Source: Ostreococcus lucimarinus (taxonomy: Eukaryota). Taken from it: 64,000 nucleotides of DNA. The stretch lies in assembly GCA_000092065.1 (NCBI GenBank), contig CP000587.1. The stretch is one strand, 5' to 3'. A program made the translations under genes and the position numbers. Position 1 is the stretch's first letter. Each line of letters starts with the position of its first letter. Below, one piece after another: positions 42,566 through 50,819 of this stretch. Below the pieces are notes generated by a model. It was not told the DNA's origin. It searched no databases and worked only from the letters and a program-made list of their open reading frames with translations.

Positions 42566-44119
42566 ATGACGACGGTACCCGAAGCATCGTCACCGCGTCC
42601 AGGCGACGCCCTCGACGCGCTGCGCGCGCAACTCACCTGTCCGCTCTGTCGCGATGTCTTCACCGACCCGACGACGCTGCCGTGCAATCACACCCACTGC
42701 TTCGAGTGCGTCGCTCGCGCGCTCGGAGGCAAATCGTGGGACGCCAGCGCGTGCCCGGAGTGCGCGGCACCGACGGTGATGAAGGATTTGAGCGTGAACA
42801 TGACGCTGAAGAGTTTCGTGGAGAATTTTAAGAGCGTCGACGCGGAGCTGCGCGAGGCGTTAGGGGCGATGCGAGAGTTGGGAGGCACGGAAGCGATGGA
42901 TTGCGATGGTGATGATGGAGACGACGTCGGTGCGGGCGATCGTGGTGGAACGCTGGCCGACGGGGGCGTGATGGAGGGCGACGACGCGCGCGAGCGCGAG
43001 GCAAAGGCGTGCGAGAAGCTCGCCGAAACCATTCGCGCGATCGACGCCACGCTGGCCGTGATCGACAAGAAATTAGCGGTGTACAAGGCGAAGGATGAAG
43101 CGTTAGAGTCACACACACAGCCGCGGACGCAGACGCAGCCGGGGACGCAAGGGACGTTGGATATTGAGTCGATGACGTTGTCCGAGTTGCGGCGCCTGTA
43201 TCGCAACGTCTTAGGCAGATCTGCGGCGTCGACTCGGAAGAAACCGTGGTTCGTCAAAGAGTTGTCGCAGTACGATCGAGACGTCATGGCCGCGGCGATG
43301 GCGGCGACGCAGCCCGAATCTCCTAAAGTCGTCGTGGCGTATAGCTCGAGCGCGCTACGATGCGGCGGAAGCCAGGATGAAAAGTTTGCCGAAGTCGAAC
43401 GCGTCATAAAGTCCATCGACGCCGGCGCAGTGTTCATGGGCATGAAAGATCTGACGTCCGAGTGCACGCATTTGATCATGGACACCGGATCCAAAGATCG
43501 GGTGGTGAGAAAAAGAACGGTCAAATACGTCGACGCCATCGCTCGAGGGTTGTACGTCGTGCACGAGGACTGGCTCGCCGATTGCGCGGAGCGCGGGAGT
43601 TTTTCAAACGAAGAGGCCTTCGAATTAAAAGACGGTACGGGTACAGGCTCAGATGGCGCATCGCATAGCTTCGCGGACGGTCCTCGCCGCGCGCGAGTGT
43701 GCCGCGAGACGAATCAAAGACGGCTCTTTGAAGGCATTCGCGTGCGCGTCCAATGTTGCGGCGACGCGCTCCCCGCGTCGGCGTTGGAGAACATCTTAAG
43801 GCTCGCGGGTGCCATCATCGAGCCCGCGTCGCCGAAAACGCCGCGTAGATCATCTCGCCGACATAGTTCGGCGGTACGAGATCACGACGCGGTTCCGGAT
43901 AGCGAGGACGAAGCCGACGACTCGCGCGAAACCGATTCCGTCGTCGAGGACGTCGCCGGCGATGGAGAAGACGAGGACGATGTGGTCGTGACTTTAGTGG
44001 ACGATTTAACCCCTCGCTCGACTTTCAAATCGATCTCTAAACCGGTGAATTGGAAATGGGCGCTCGAGTGCGTCACGCGTTGGGAACTGTTGCCCACGCT
44101 AAAGTGGCTCAAGCGATGA
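42566..44119 (+). CDS. RING-finger plus tandem-BRCT protein, BRCA1/BARD1-like
   Basis: The N-terminal C3HC4 RING is CPLCRDVFTDPTTLPCNHTHCFECV...CPEC. Two BRCT repeats follow (..AVFMGMKDLTSECTHLIMDTG...YVDAIARGLYVVHEDWLADC.. and ..IRVRVQCCGDALP...LRLAGAIIE.., with WKWALECVTRWELLP at the C-terminus). TGTAA lies 41 nt after the stop. Confidence 0.65.
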   Translation: MTTVPEASSPRPGDALDALRAQLTCPLCRDVFTDPTTLPCNHTHCFECVARALGGKSWDASACPECAAPTVMKDLSVNMTLKSFVENFKSVDAELREALGAMRELGGTEAMDCDGDDGDDVGAGDRGGTLADGGVMEGDDAREREAKACEKLAETIRAIDATLAVIDKKLAVYKAKDEALESHTQPRTQTQPGTQGTLDIESMTLSELRRLYRNVLGRSAASTRKKPWFVKELSQYDRDVMAAAMAATQPESPKVVVAYSSSALRCGGSQDEKFAEVERVIKSIDAGAVFMGMKDLTSECTHLIMDTGSKDRVVRKRTVKYVDAIARGLYVVHEDWLADCAERGSFSNEEAFELKDGTGTGSDGASHSFADGPRRARVCRETNQRRLFEGIRVRVQCCGDALPASALENILRLAGAIIEPASPKTPRRSSRRHSSAVRDHDAVPDSEDEADDSRETDSVVEDVAGDGEDEDDVVVTLVDDLTPRSTFKSISKPVNWKWALECVTRWELLPTLKWLKR

Positions 44120-44159
44120 ACGTGAACGATTATTTGACTGGCGCGCATTGATTGAAAAT

Positions 44160-44164
44160 TGTAA
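44160..44164 (+). promoter_or_regulatory. TGTAA putative poly(A) signal for the RING-BRCT gene, 41 nt 3' of its stop
   Basis: The sequence is attgaaaattgtaacgatatc. Confidence 0.4.
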
Positions 44165-44232
44165 CGATATCGCGCGCGCGCGCTGTAGTACAAAAAAACA
44201 CGAAAACACGAAAACGAGCCCGAACGCCGCGA

Positions 44233-44826
44233 TCACGGACCCGGGTACGTGCAAATCCCCACCTGCGCCACGGGTCGGCACGACGCGCCCTTCGGACATC
44301 CTCCGTTCGGCGCGTCGTCTCTCGGATTACACACCAACGCGCATCGGTTCGGTTTATCGCTCCCCGGCGTCTGCAGCACGCACATCCCTCGCGCCGTCGC
44401 CCCTCGATACGGATCTTTCGGGCACGGCGACGCCACCGAGCACGACGGCGAGCAGAAATCTCCCGGCACGCCCTGAATCTGCACCTTCATCTCCGTCGCC
44501 AGGCACGCCCGCCTCGCGGGATCGCCGTACGGCTTCGACCGCCCTCTCGGTTTCGGTCCCGGCGCCGCGAGCGCGCCGACCGCGTCCATGATCTCCGCCG
44601 CCGTCTTCGCGAGCGCACCGAGCGCGCCGAGCGCGTCCGCGCGCGTTCGCGCGCCGTCGAGCGCGCGCGCTGGATCCGCGTTCGCCATCGCGTCGTCGTT
44701 CAGCGCGACCGTCGTCGCGGTCGCGGTCGCGGTCGCGGTCAGCGTCAGCGTCAGCGTCAGCGTCAGCGTCAGCGCGAGCGCGCGGACCGTCGCGCGGGCG
44801 CGCGTCGCGCGGCGTCGCGTCGGCAT
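44233..44826 (-). CDS. Putative small cysteine-rich (possibly secreted) protein whose N-terminus contains a hexanucleotide-repeat-encoded (LT)n(TA)n tract
   Basis: The C-terminal 90 aa hold 11 Cys in an EGF/PSI-like spacing (CSPSCSVASPCPKDPY...CVLQ...CALVCNPRDDAPNGGCPKGASCRPVAQVGICTY). The N-terminus is encoded by a (GTCGCG)4(GTCAGC)6 microsatellite. The locus sits between two plus-strand genes, so the model is weak. Confidence 0.25.
   Translation of the reverse strand: MPTRRRATRARATVRALALTLTLTLTLTLTATATATATTVALNDDAMANADPARALDGARTRADALGALGALAKTAAEIMDAVGALAAPGPKPRGRSKPYGDPARRACLATEMKVQIQGVPGDFCSPSCSVASPCPKDPYRGATARGMCVLQTPGSDKPNRCALVCNPRDDAPNGGCPKGASCRPVAQVGICTYPGP
44713..44773. repeat. Compound hexanucleotide microsatellite (GTCGCG)4(GTCAGC)6
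   Basis: The sequence gtcgcggtcgcggtcgcggtcgcggtcagcgtcagcgtcagcgtcagcgtcagcgtcagc is read directly. Confidence 0.9.
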
Positions 44827-45020
44827 CGCCGTCGTCGTCGCCGAGTGCGGGCCGGCGCGTCTTCGCTCTCATATTTCTATTTCGAAACCTACCTCGTGAT
44901 AATACGCGATGCTCGATCGTACTGTGGAGCCCGACTAACTAAGTAACCCTTCGAAGTCTTTCGGGCGCCGGTGTCGCATCATATTCCGCCTCGCGCGACC
45001 CGCGCGCGAGTTTCGCGAGG

Positions 45021-45803
45021 ATGACGTCGATCGAAGCCTTCGCGGCGAAGAACGCGAGGTTGGACGCGATACGAAAAGAGCGCGACGCCGCGTGCGGGTG
45101 GCGCATGTGGTTCGCGTGCGCCGTCTTCTCGTTTCTGCTCGTCGGGCCGGTGGTCTCGCTGGTGCCCATGATGCGAGGCGCGGGACCGGCGTACGTGGCG
45201 ATCGAGCTCGCGATGATCGCGATGATCGCGTGGTGCGCGGTGGAATACGGGCACAGAAGGGCGGTTTGGTTCATTTGCATCGCGCGGGGAGTGTGCGTGA
45301 CGTTCGAGAAGACGGAAGGCTTTCGAGCTTGGGCGACGCGGGCTCCGATGACGTTTGCCATCGTTTTCGTCGCGTTGCACGGTTTCATCACGTACCTGGG
45401 GTTAGATCCGACGTTATCGAAAGGAGAGCTGGCGGACATTCTTCTCGCTGTATTATCGATACTGGCGGTCATGTTTGTACTGCTGATGACGAAGAATTTG
45501 TGCGACATCGAGGGCGCGAATGCGCTGCTGACGGTGCCCATGTTTGTCTATTTTTTCGACGATGACGACATCTTAGTCGAGCGCGGTTTCGCCACGGTTT
45601 CTTTCGCTGTTTTGGCCAAGTACGTGCTGATCGATCGCAAAGATGAAAAGATGGCTCTGCAGAAATTTTCGTGGAATGAAATTCACGCGTTACACGGCGA
45701 ATCGGCGAATACAGACGGTGACTCGGCGTATCGGCGACCCACGCTCATCGATGGGATCCGCTTGGTGGCTTTTTTGAAAATTTACAAAGATTTGGAATCT
45801 TAA
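45021..45803 (+). CDS. Hypothetical multi-pass membrane protein
   Basis: Five to six hydrophobic helices are present (WFACAVFSFLLVGPVVSLV, YVAIELAMIAMIAWCAV, MTFAIVFVALHGFITYL, ILLAVLSILAVMFVLLM, ...). No recognisable family motif. Confidence 0.4.
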   Translation: MTSIEAFAAKNARLDAIRKERDAACGWRMWFACAVFSFLLVGPVVSLVPMMRGAGPAYVAIELAMIAMIAWCAVEYGHRRAVWFICIARGVCVTFEKTEGFRAWATRAPMTFAIVFVALHGFITYLGLDPTLSKGELADILLAVLSILAVMFVLLMTKNLCDIEGANALLTVPMFVYFFDDDDILVERGFATVSFAVLAKYVLIDRKDEKMALQKFSWNEIHALHGESANTDGDSAYRRPTLIDGIRLVAFLKIYKDLES

Positions 45804-45834
45804 CACGCGCTACGCTAGTTGTTGCATGTTCGAG

Positions 45835-46779
45835 CTAATCACTGAGCTGCAATTCGCCGCATGCAGTGATGGCGACTTGGCCGAGAGGTTGACCCGATTC
45901 GGTTCCGACGGCTTCACACGCGGCGACGACATCCATACCTTCTAATACGCGTCCGAACACCACGTGCTTGTCATCCAAGCTCGGCGCTGGCGCGGTTGTG
46001 ATGAAAAATTGCGATCCATTCGTGTTTGGTCCCCGATTAGCCATGGACAACACACCTGCGTCGTCGTGTGATATCCCAAACGCCTCGTCGTCGAAATCTT
46101 CGCCGTACACGCTCTCACCTCCTTGTCCGTTCTGCAGCGTGAAATCTCCACCCTGACACACGAACCCTTTGACTATTCTATGCAAACACGACCCTTCGTA
46201 CGTTAATTTCTTTCCACTCTTCGCGCTCAGACCCTTCTCTCCCGTGCAAAGCGCTCTAAAATTTTCCACCGTCTTTGGCGCGTGCTTTCCGTACAACCCA
46301 AACACGATTCGCCCTCTCGCCTTTCCATTCACGCTGACGTCAAAGTAACACTTACACGTCACCGTGACGTCTCCCGGGGGTGGTAAATCGCTCTCTAACA
46401 CTTTCTCCCACGCGTCGTATCGGTTCGCCTTTTCCAACGTCACCGTCACGCGCTCGAGCTCTTTCTCCCAGTAGCACCCGTCGACGTCCACCGCGCTCGG
46501 AAACGCGCCCTCGACGACGGCGACGCCGTCATCCAGCGTGCAAACGCGCATGTGATCGCTGAAAATCTTCACGTCGAGCACCGCGCGCGGGATGTCGCGC
46601 GGGAGAGTGATTTCGAGCTCGACTTCGGAATGTCCCGGTGGCGCTTTGACTTTGACGCGCACGTCGTCGACGTGTCTCAACAGCGCCTCGGCGGCGCGCG
46701 AGAGTGAGCGGTGACGATGGTTCGACGCCCGAGATGCGCTCGCACGGAGCGCGCGTGGGACGTCGTGGGGACGCAACAT
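45835..46779 (-). CDS. Cyclophilin-type peptidyl-prolyl isomerase with an N-terminal CS (p23/HSP20-like) domain
   Basis: The C-terminal cyclophilin domain reads GRIVFGLYGKHAPKTVENFRALCTGEKG...HRIVKGFVCQGGDFTLQNGQGGESVYG...GVLSMANRGPNTNGSQFFITT...HVVFGRV. The N-terminal ~120 aa resemble a CS domain (VKVKAPPGHSEVELEITLPRD...CYWEKELERVTVTLEKAN). Confidence 0.75.
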   Translation of the reverse strand: MLRPHDVPRALRASASRASNHRHRSLSRAAEALLRHVDDVRVKVKAPPGHSEVELEITLPRDIPRAVLDVKIFSDHMRVCTLDDGVAVVEGAFPSAVDVDGCYWEKELERVTVTLEKANRYDAWEKVLESDLPPPGDVTVTCKCYFDVSVNGKARGRIVFGLYGKHAPKTVENFRALCTGEKGLSAKSGKKLTYEGSCLHRIVKGFVCQGGDFTLQNGQGGESVYGEDFDDEAFGISHDDAGVLSMANRGPNTNGSQFFITTAPAPSLDDKHVVFGRVLEGMDVVAACEAVGTESGQPLGQVAITACGELQLSD

Positions 46780-46825
46780 GGAGGGACGAGTTGTGCGGAG
46801 ACGGCTGCGCAGAAGAGGGAGTGAT

Positions 46826-46830
46826 TTACA
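46826..46830 (-). promoter_or_regulatory. TGTAA putative poly(A) signal for VPS35, 9 nt 3' of its TAG stop
   Basis: Plus-strand gtgatttacaaatgcgcgg, which is ccgcgcatttgtaaatcac on the minus strand. Confidence 0.35.
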
Positions 46831-46839
46831 AATGCGCGG

Positions 46840-49341
46840 CTAAACGACGAGCGTGCTGTACCTATCCGCGGTGCCGTCCTCTACTTTGTGTTTCTGCTGT
46901 CGGATATGTGTGAGGGTGTTCGCGTACGATTGTTCGACGTCGCGTAAGGCGCCGATGGATTCGGCGTTGCGAACGTCGCCCACGCTCGACAGCTCGGTGT
47001 TGATCATGTCGATGAGCGCTTGCAATGCCTCGACGGTGACGGAAGTACATCCCTCAGGAGTTTTATCGTAAAAGTACAGGTATTTGTTCAGGATGCCGAC
47101 GTAGAGCCCGAGAGCTTCGATTCGGTTCGCCGCGTTGCCGCCAAAGGTGTCTCGCACGGCGTTGGCTATTTTCACCGATTTCTTCAAGCACGACGCCACG
47201 GAATCGCTATCTTTCACCGTCTCGGTCCAAAATAAGTGTGCGCACGTGTACGCTCCCACGCATTGATCTGGTTTCTTCAGCAAACGCGCGCTATAGCCTG
47301 TAGTTTTGTGCACCAAAGATTCGCGGCTGTCGGCACCAAAGACATTCACTTTGTGCAACGTGCCGATAATTATGAAGAGCAAATTCACCTGTTTCTTCGT
47401 ATCGGTGATGTTTTCTTCGTAAAGTACGAAAGCGCGTTCGAAGAACTCGTACGCGATGGACTCTAAGTTTGCCACCGCGGCAAGTTGTGCGGCTTCGAGG
47501 AAGAGCTTCAGCGCCTTTTCGTGACGTCCGGCCACCTCCGTGAGCGCGGTGATGCTCTTGTGCACAAAGTGAAGCGACTTCTTTAGCCACGGTGACTTGA
47601 CCTCTATCGGCGTCGTAAATGAAATCGCTTCTTTGTCGTCATTGTTCGCATCGGCGGGCACCTCGTCGTCATCCTTCAAAGCCGCAGCCTTTTCTGAAGG
47701 CTTTTCGGCGCGCTCGGCTAGGACAATATCTCTCCCACAAGCGATGCCCGCAAACACGAGCGCGGGAAATGTGTGACGAATTCGCCGAGGTCCGCCTTTC
47801 AGCAAAATGTCGTACGCGGTGTTCAGCATTTCGAGTTGAAGCTCGTGATTATCTTCGGGAGCCTTGATCAAATGTACCACGCGTGCCACGACGTTTTGTT
47901 CCTCGGCAATCGCGGCGCTTCGCTCTTTCTCGACATCTTCCATCGCCTGTGAAGCTTCCTTTGCATCCGCGGACACGACACAGTCTATGAAGTCGTAAAG
48001 CATTTTCACGTGATCCACCGTCGTCAGCGTGCTTCTATTCTTCACCAAAGTTTGCACCACGCCGAGTGCGACTTTTTTCTTCGTGTCTTCGTCCAGCAGC
48101 GCGATGACTTTCGGATACGACTTCAACGAGAGTACGACGGACAGCTCGCACGATTCTAATGGATCGCTAAGTAACGTTGAAAGCTGCTGCGCGACCTCTG
48201 GATCCGTGATTGGAAGTTTACTCTGCAAGGAGTTCGCCAGTGCGAGCAAAATGTCGTCCAAAGTACCCGCTTCGGTGATTTGCAGCTTTCTCGCAAACGC
48301 CATCAACGCCGCGTACATGCCTATAATTTCCTTCGCCGGTACGTCATCGTGTGCTCCAATGATCGCTTGGCAGCATTCAAACGATTTCGGGAACACATCC
48401 GCGGCCTCAAACTCTGACTTTGCCTCGGGAGTTTCCTCGGCGTAACTCAGCAACCGCCCAAGAAGCGCGTTGAGAATCGAACCGACTCGCACATTCGCGC
48501 GCAACATCGACATCGTGGAGAACACTTCTTCGAACGTCGCCAGGTGATATTCGTCCGGAAACACCTGGATGAGTACGTCCAACAAGTACGGCTGTGCGAG
48601 CTCGTCCTTGCAATTCACGACCTGTTCCAGAATGCGCGGTAACACTGTCTCGCGATACAGCTGCAAATCCACGCCCTCGAGCTGAGACAGCGCGAGCAAG
48701 TTCTTCCCCACGAGATCTCGTAGCTCTTCCCGCTCGCCCTCTCGACGCTTCTTCCCGTTTGACGGTCCGATGTGTTGCATACGAACCCACAACTTGTTCA
48801 TCTCGGTGAAATTTTGCAACAAAAACTCCACCGCGTCGTCGATGTTCCCTCCCTCGCCTTCGTACCGCGATCCTTTATCCGGCAACAACCCCTTACTCAT
48901 CTGACTCAAATACGCTCTCAAGAACAACCCGTGCATCGGTTGCTGCACCCCGCGCGTCATCTCCACCAAATCCATCAACACGTCCCTCGCGCTCCCCTCT
49001 CCCAGCTCCACGTACGTCGCCCCAACCGTGATCAGCAGGTACAATCGCGGCAGTATGTTCCCCGCGTGTTGCACTAACTCGTACAACTCCACGCACGACC
49101 GTCCGTGTCGAGACTTATCCCCAAAGAACCGTCGCAGGTGCATCAACTCGTCGCTCGCCGCGATGTACAGCTCGTAGTACCCGCGCGGCGCCGGCGTCGT
49201 CGCCCGCAGTTCGCCCAGCATCAAGCTCGCGCACTTCAGCGCCTCGCGCAGGTTATCCTCGTCCTGATCCATCGCGATCCGATCGTCGTCGTCGTCAGTC
49301 GTCGTCGAGCGCGCGTCGCCAGTCGCGTCGCGTCGAATCAA
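46840..49341 (-). CDS. VPS35: Vacuolar protein sorting-associated protein 35 (retromer subunit)
   Basis: YYELYIAASDELMHLRRFF...CVELYELVQHAGNILPRLYLLITVGATY...MTRGVQQPMHGLFLRAYL and a full-length alpha-solenoid are collinear with VPS35. TGTAA lies 9 nt after the stop. Confidence 0.85.
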   Translation of the reverse strand: MIRRDATGDARSTTTDDDDDRIAMDQDEDNLREALKCASLMLGELRATTPAPRGYYELYIAASDELMHLRRFFGDKSRHGRSCVELYELVQHAGNILPRLYLLITVGATYVELGEGSARDVLMDLVEMTRGVQQPMHGLFLRAYLSQMSKGLLPDKGSRYEGEGGNIDDAVEFLLQNFTEMNKLWVRMQHIGPSNGKKRREGEREELRDLVGKNLLALSQLEGVDLQLYRETVLPRILEQVVNCKDELAQPYLLDVLIQVFPDEYHLATFEEVFSTMSMLRANVRVGSILNALLGRLLSYAEETPEAKSEFEAADVFPKSFECCQAIIGAHDDVPAKEIIGMYAALMAFARKLQITEAGTLDDILLALANSLQSKLPITDPEVAQQLSTLLSDPLESCELSVVLSLKSYPKVIALLDEDTKKKVALGVVQTLVKNRSTLTTVDHVKMLYDFIDCVVSADAKEASQAMEDVEKERSAAIAEEQNVVARVVHLIKAPEDNHELQLEMLNTAYDILLKGGPRRIRHTFPALVFAGIACGRDIVLAERAEKPSEKAAALKDDDEVPADANNDDKEAISFTTPIEVKSPWLKKSLHFVHKSITALTEVAGRHEKALKLFLEAAQLAAVANLESIAYEFFERAFVLYEENITDTKKQVNLLFIIIGTLHKVNVFGADSRESLVHKTTGYSARLLKKPDQCVGAYTCAHLFWTETVKDSDSVASCLKKSVKIANAVRDTFGGNAANRIEALGLYVGILNKYLYFYDKTPEGCTSVTVEALQALIDMINTELSSVGDVRNAESIGALRDVEQSYANTLTHIRQQKHKVEDGTADRYSTLVV

Positions 49342-49569
49342 TCAATCGAATCAATCGCGCAATCATCGCGTCGCCGTCGCGCGTCGCGTCGCGCACCGCC
49401 GCCCGTTTCATGCGAAACGCGTGCTCTTTCACCGACGCCTTCGCCTCGTCCAACCACCGCGCCGCGCGCGCCGGATCGGCGTCGCGCGCGTCCGCGCGCT
49501 GCATCGTCGAGGAGTGCGGCGTCGTCGGCACTCCACCGCGCGACGCGACGACTCGCGACGACGGCGACG

Positions 49570-49580
49570 ATGGCGCTCGC

Positions 49581-49611
<31 letters not shown>

Positions 49612-50586
49612 CGCGCGCTCGCCGCGCGCGGGCGCGTCGCGCGCGACCGTCGCGCGCGCGCGACGACGCGACGCGACGGTTTATCCATCGGCGCGGCGAC
49701 GACGACGCCGCGCGCGCGCGCGGCGTCGACGACGCGCGTCTCGAGCGCGCGCGCGCGCGCGACGGTCGTCGTGAGCGCGCGCGCGAGGTCGCGAACGACG
49801 GCGCGCGCGGCGGAGGGCGCGGCGGCGGCGCCGAGCCCGAGCGGCGCCGAGGGTAAGGCTGGGTTCGACTTGGGCGCGCGCGTCAGAGCGATCGCGTTCT
49901 TCGTCACGTCCTTCTCTCTCGCCGTGCCGCTGATATGCATCATGGCGATGCTGTTTCCGCTGTGCTGGGTGTTCGATCGCACGCGGAGGAGCGCGCTGAG
50001 CTTTTGTAACGACGTGTGGGCGACGGTGTCGACGGCGCTCTTCTTCCCAATCGTCGTGGAGGGACGGGAACACCTGCCGCGTCACGATGAGGCGGCGGTG
50101 TACGTCGCGAATCACGCGTCGTTTATGGACATTTACTCGATGTTTCATCTGCGACGGCCGTTTAAGTTTATCTCGAAGACGAGCAACTTTTTGATTCCCG
50201 TCGTCGGGTGGTCGATGTTTCTCACGGGGCACGTACCGTTGAAGCGCATGGAGCGTCGCTCGCAGATGGAGACGCTGAAGAAGTGTCGGGAGATGCTCGC
50301 CGATGGGGGTTCGGTGTTATTCTTTCCCGAAGGCACGCGAAGCGCGACTGGGAAGATGGCGGCGTTTAAAAAGGGCGCGTTTAGCGTCGCCGCCAAGGAA
50401 AACGTGCCAGTCATCCCCGTCACCATCGTCGGCGCCCACGAAGCCATGGCGAGCGGGAAGGAGTACGAGTTGCACAACGCCGGCATCAAGGTCATCGTGC
50501 ACCCGCGAATACAATCCACCGACGCCGACGATCTGTGTGCGCGTTCGGAAAAGATCATCAAGGAGGCGCTCGTGAACAACTCGTGA
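49570..50586 (+). CDS. 1-acyl-sn-glycerol-3-phosphate acyltransferase (LPAAT/PlsC family), plastid-type with a Thr/Ala-rich transit peptide
   Basis: Acyltransferase motifs are ANHASFMDIY (NHxxxxD), FISKTSNFLIPVVGW, FPEGTRS and VPVIPVTIVG. I refined the start to the ATG at 49570 (MALAAAATTTTTTTRALAARG...). Confidence 0.8.
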
Positions 50587-50819
50587 GCGGACGACGCGTC
50601 CGCGACTCGACGACGAGCGCCCCGATTCACCTTTCCCTCGCGCGCGGCGAGGGCGCCAAAATTGTAATACATCAAAAAGCCGTAGTAGGCGTCGAGCGCG
50701 CGCGCCGAGCGCCGCGCGCTGCGCGCCGTCGCCTTCGCGGGCGTCCCGCCTCGCGTCTCGTCGCCGCCGCGCGCGTCCGCAGACGCGGTCGCGCGCGCGA
50801 GGCGCCGCGTCGTCGCGAC

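Noticed and set aside
44152-44946. Plus-strand ORF 44152..44946 (264 aa) and minus-strand ORF 44354..44872
   Set aside because: Their translations are dominated by RRRR/RGRG and DADADA runs, driven by the hexanucleotide microsatellite and GC-rich 3' UTR sequence. They have no domain content.
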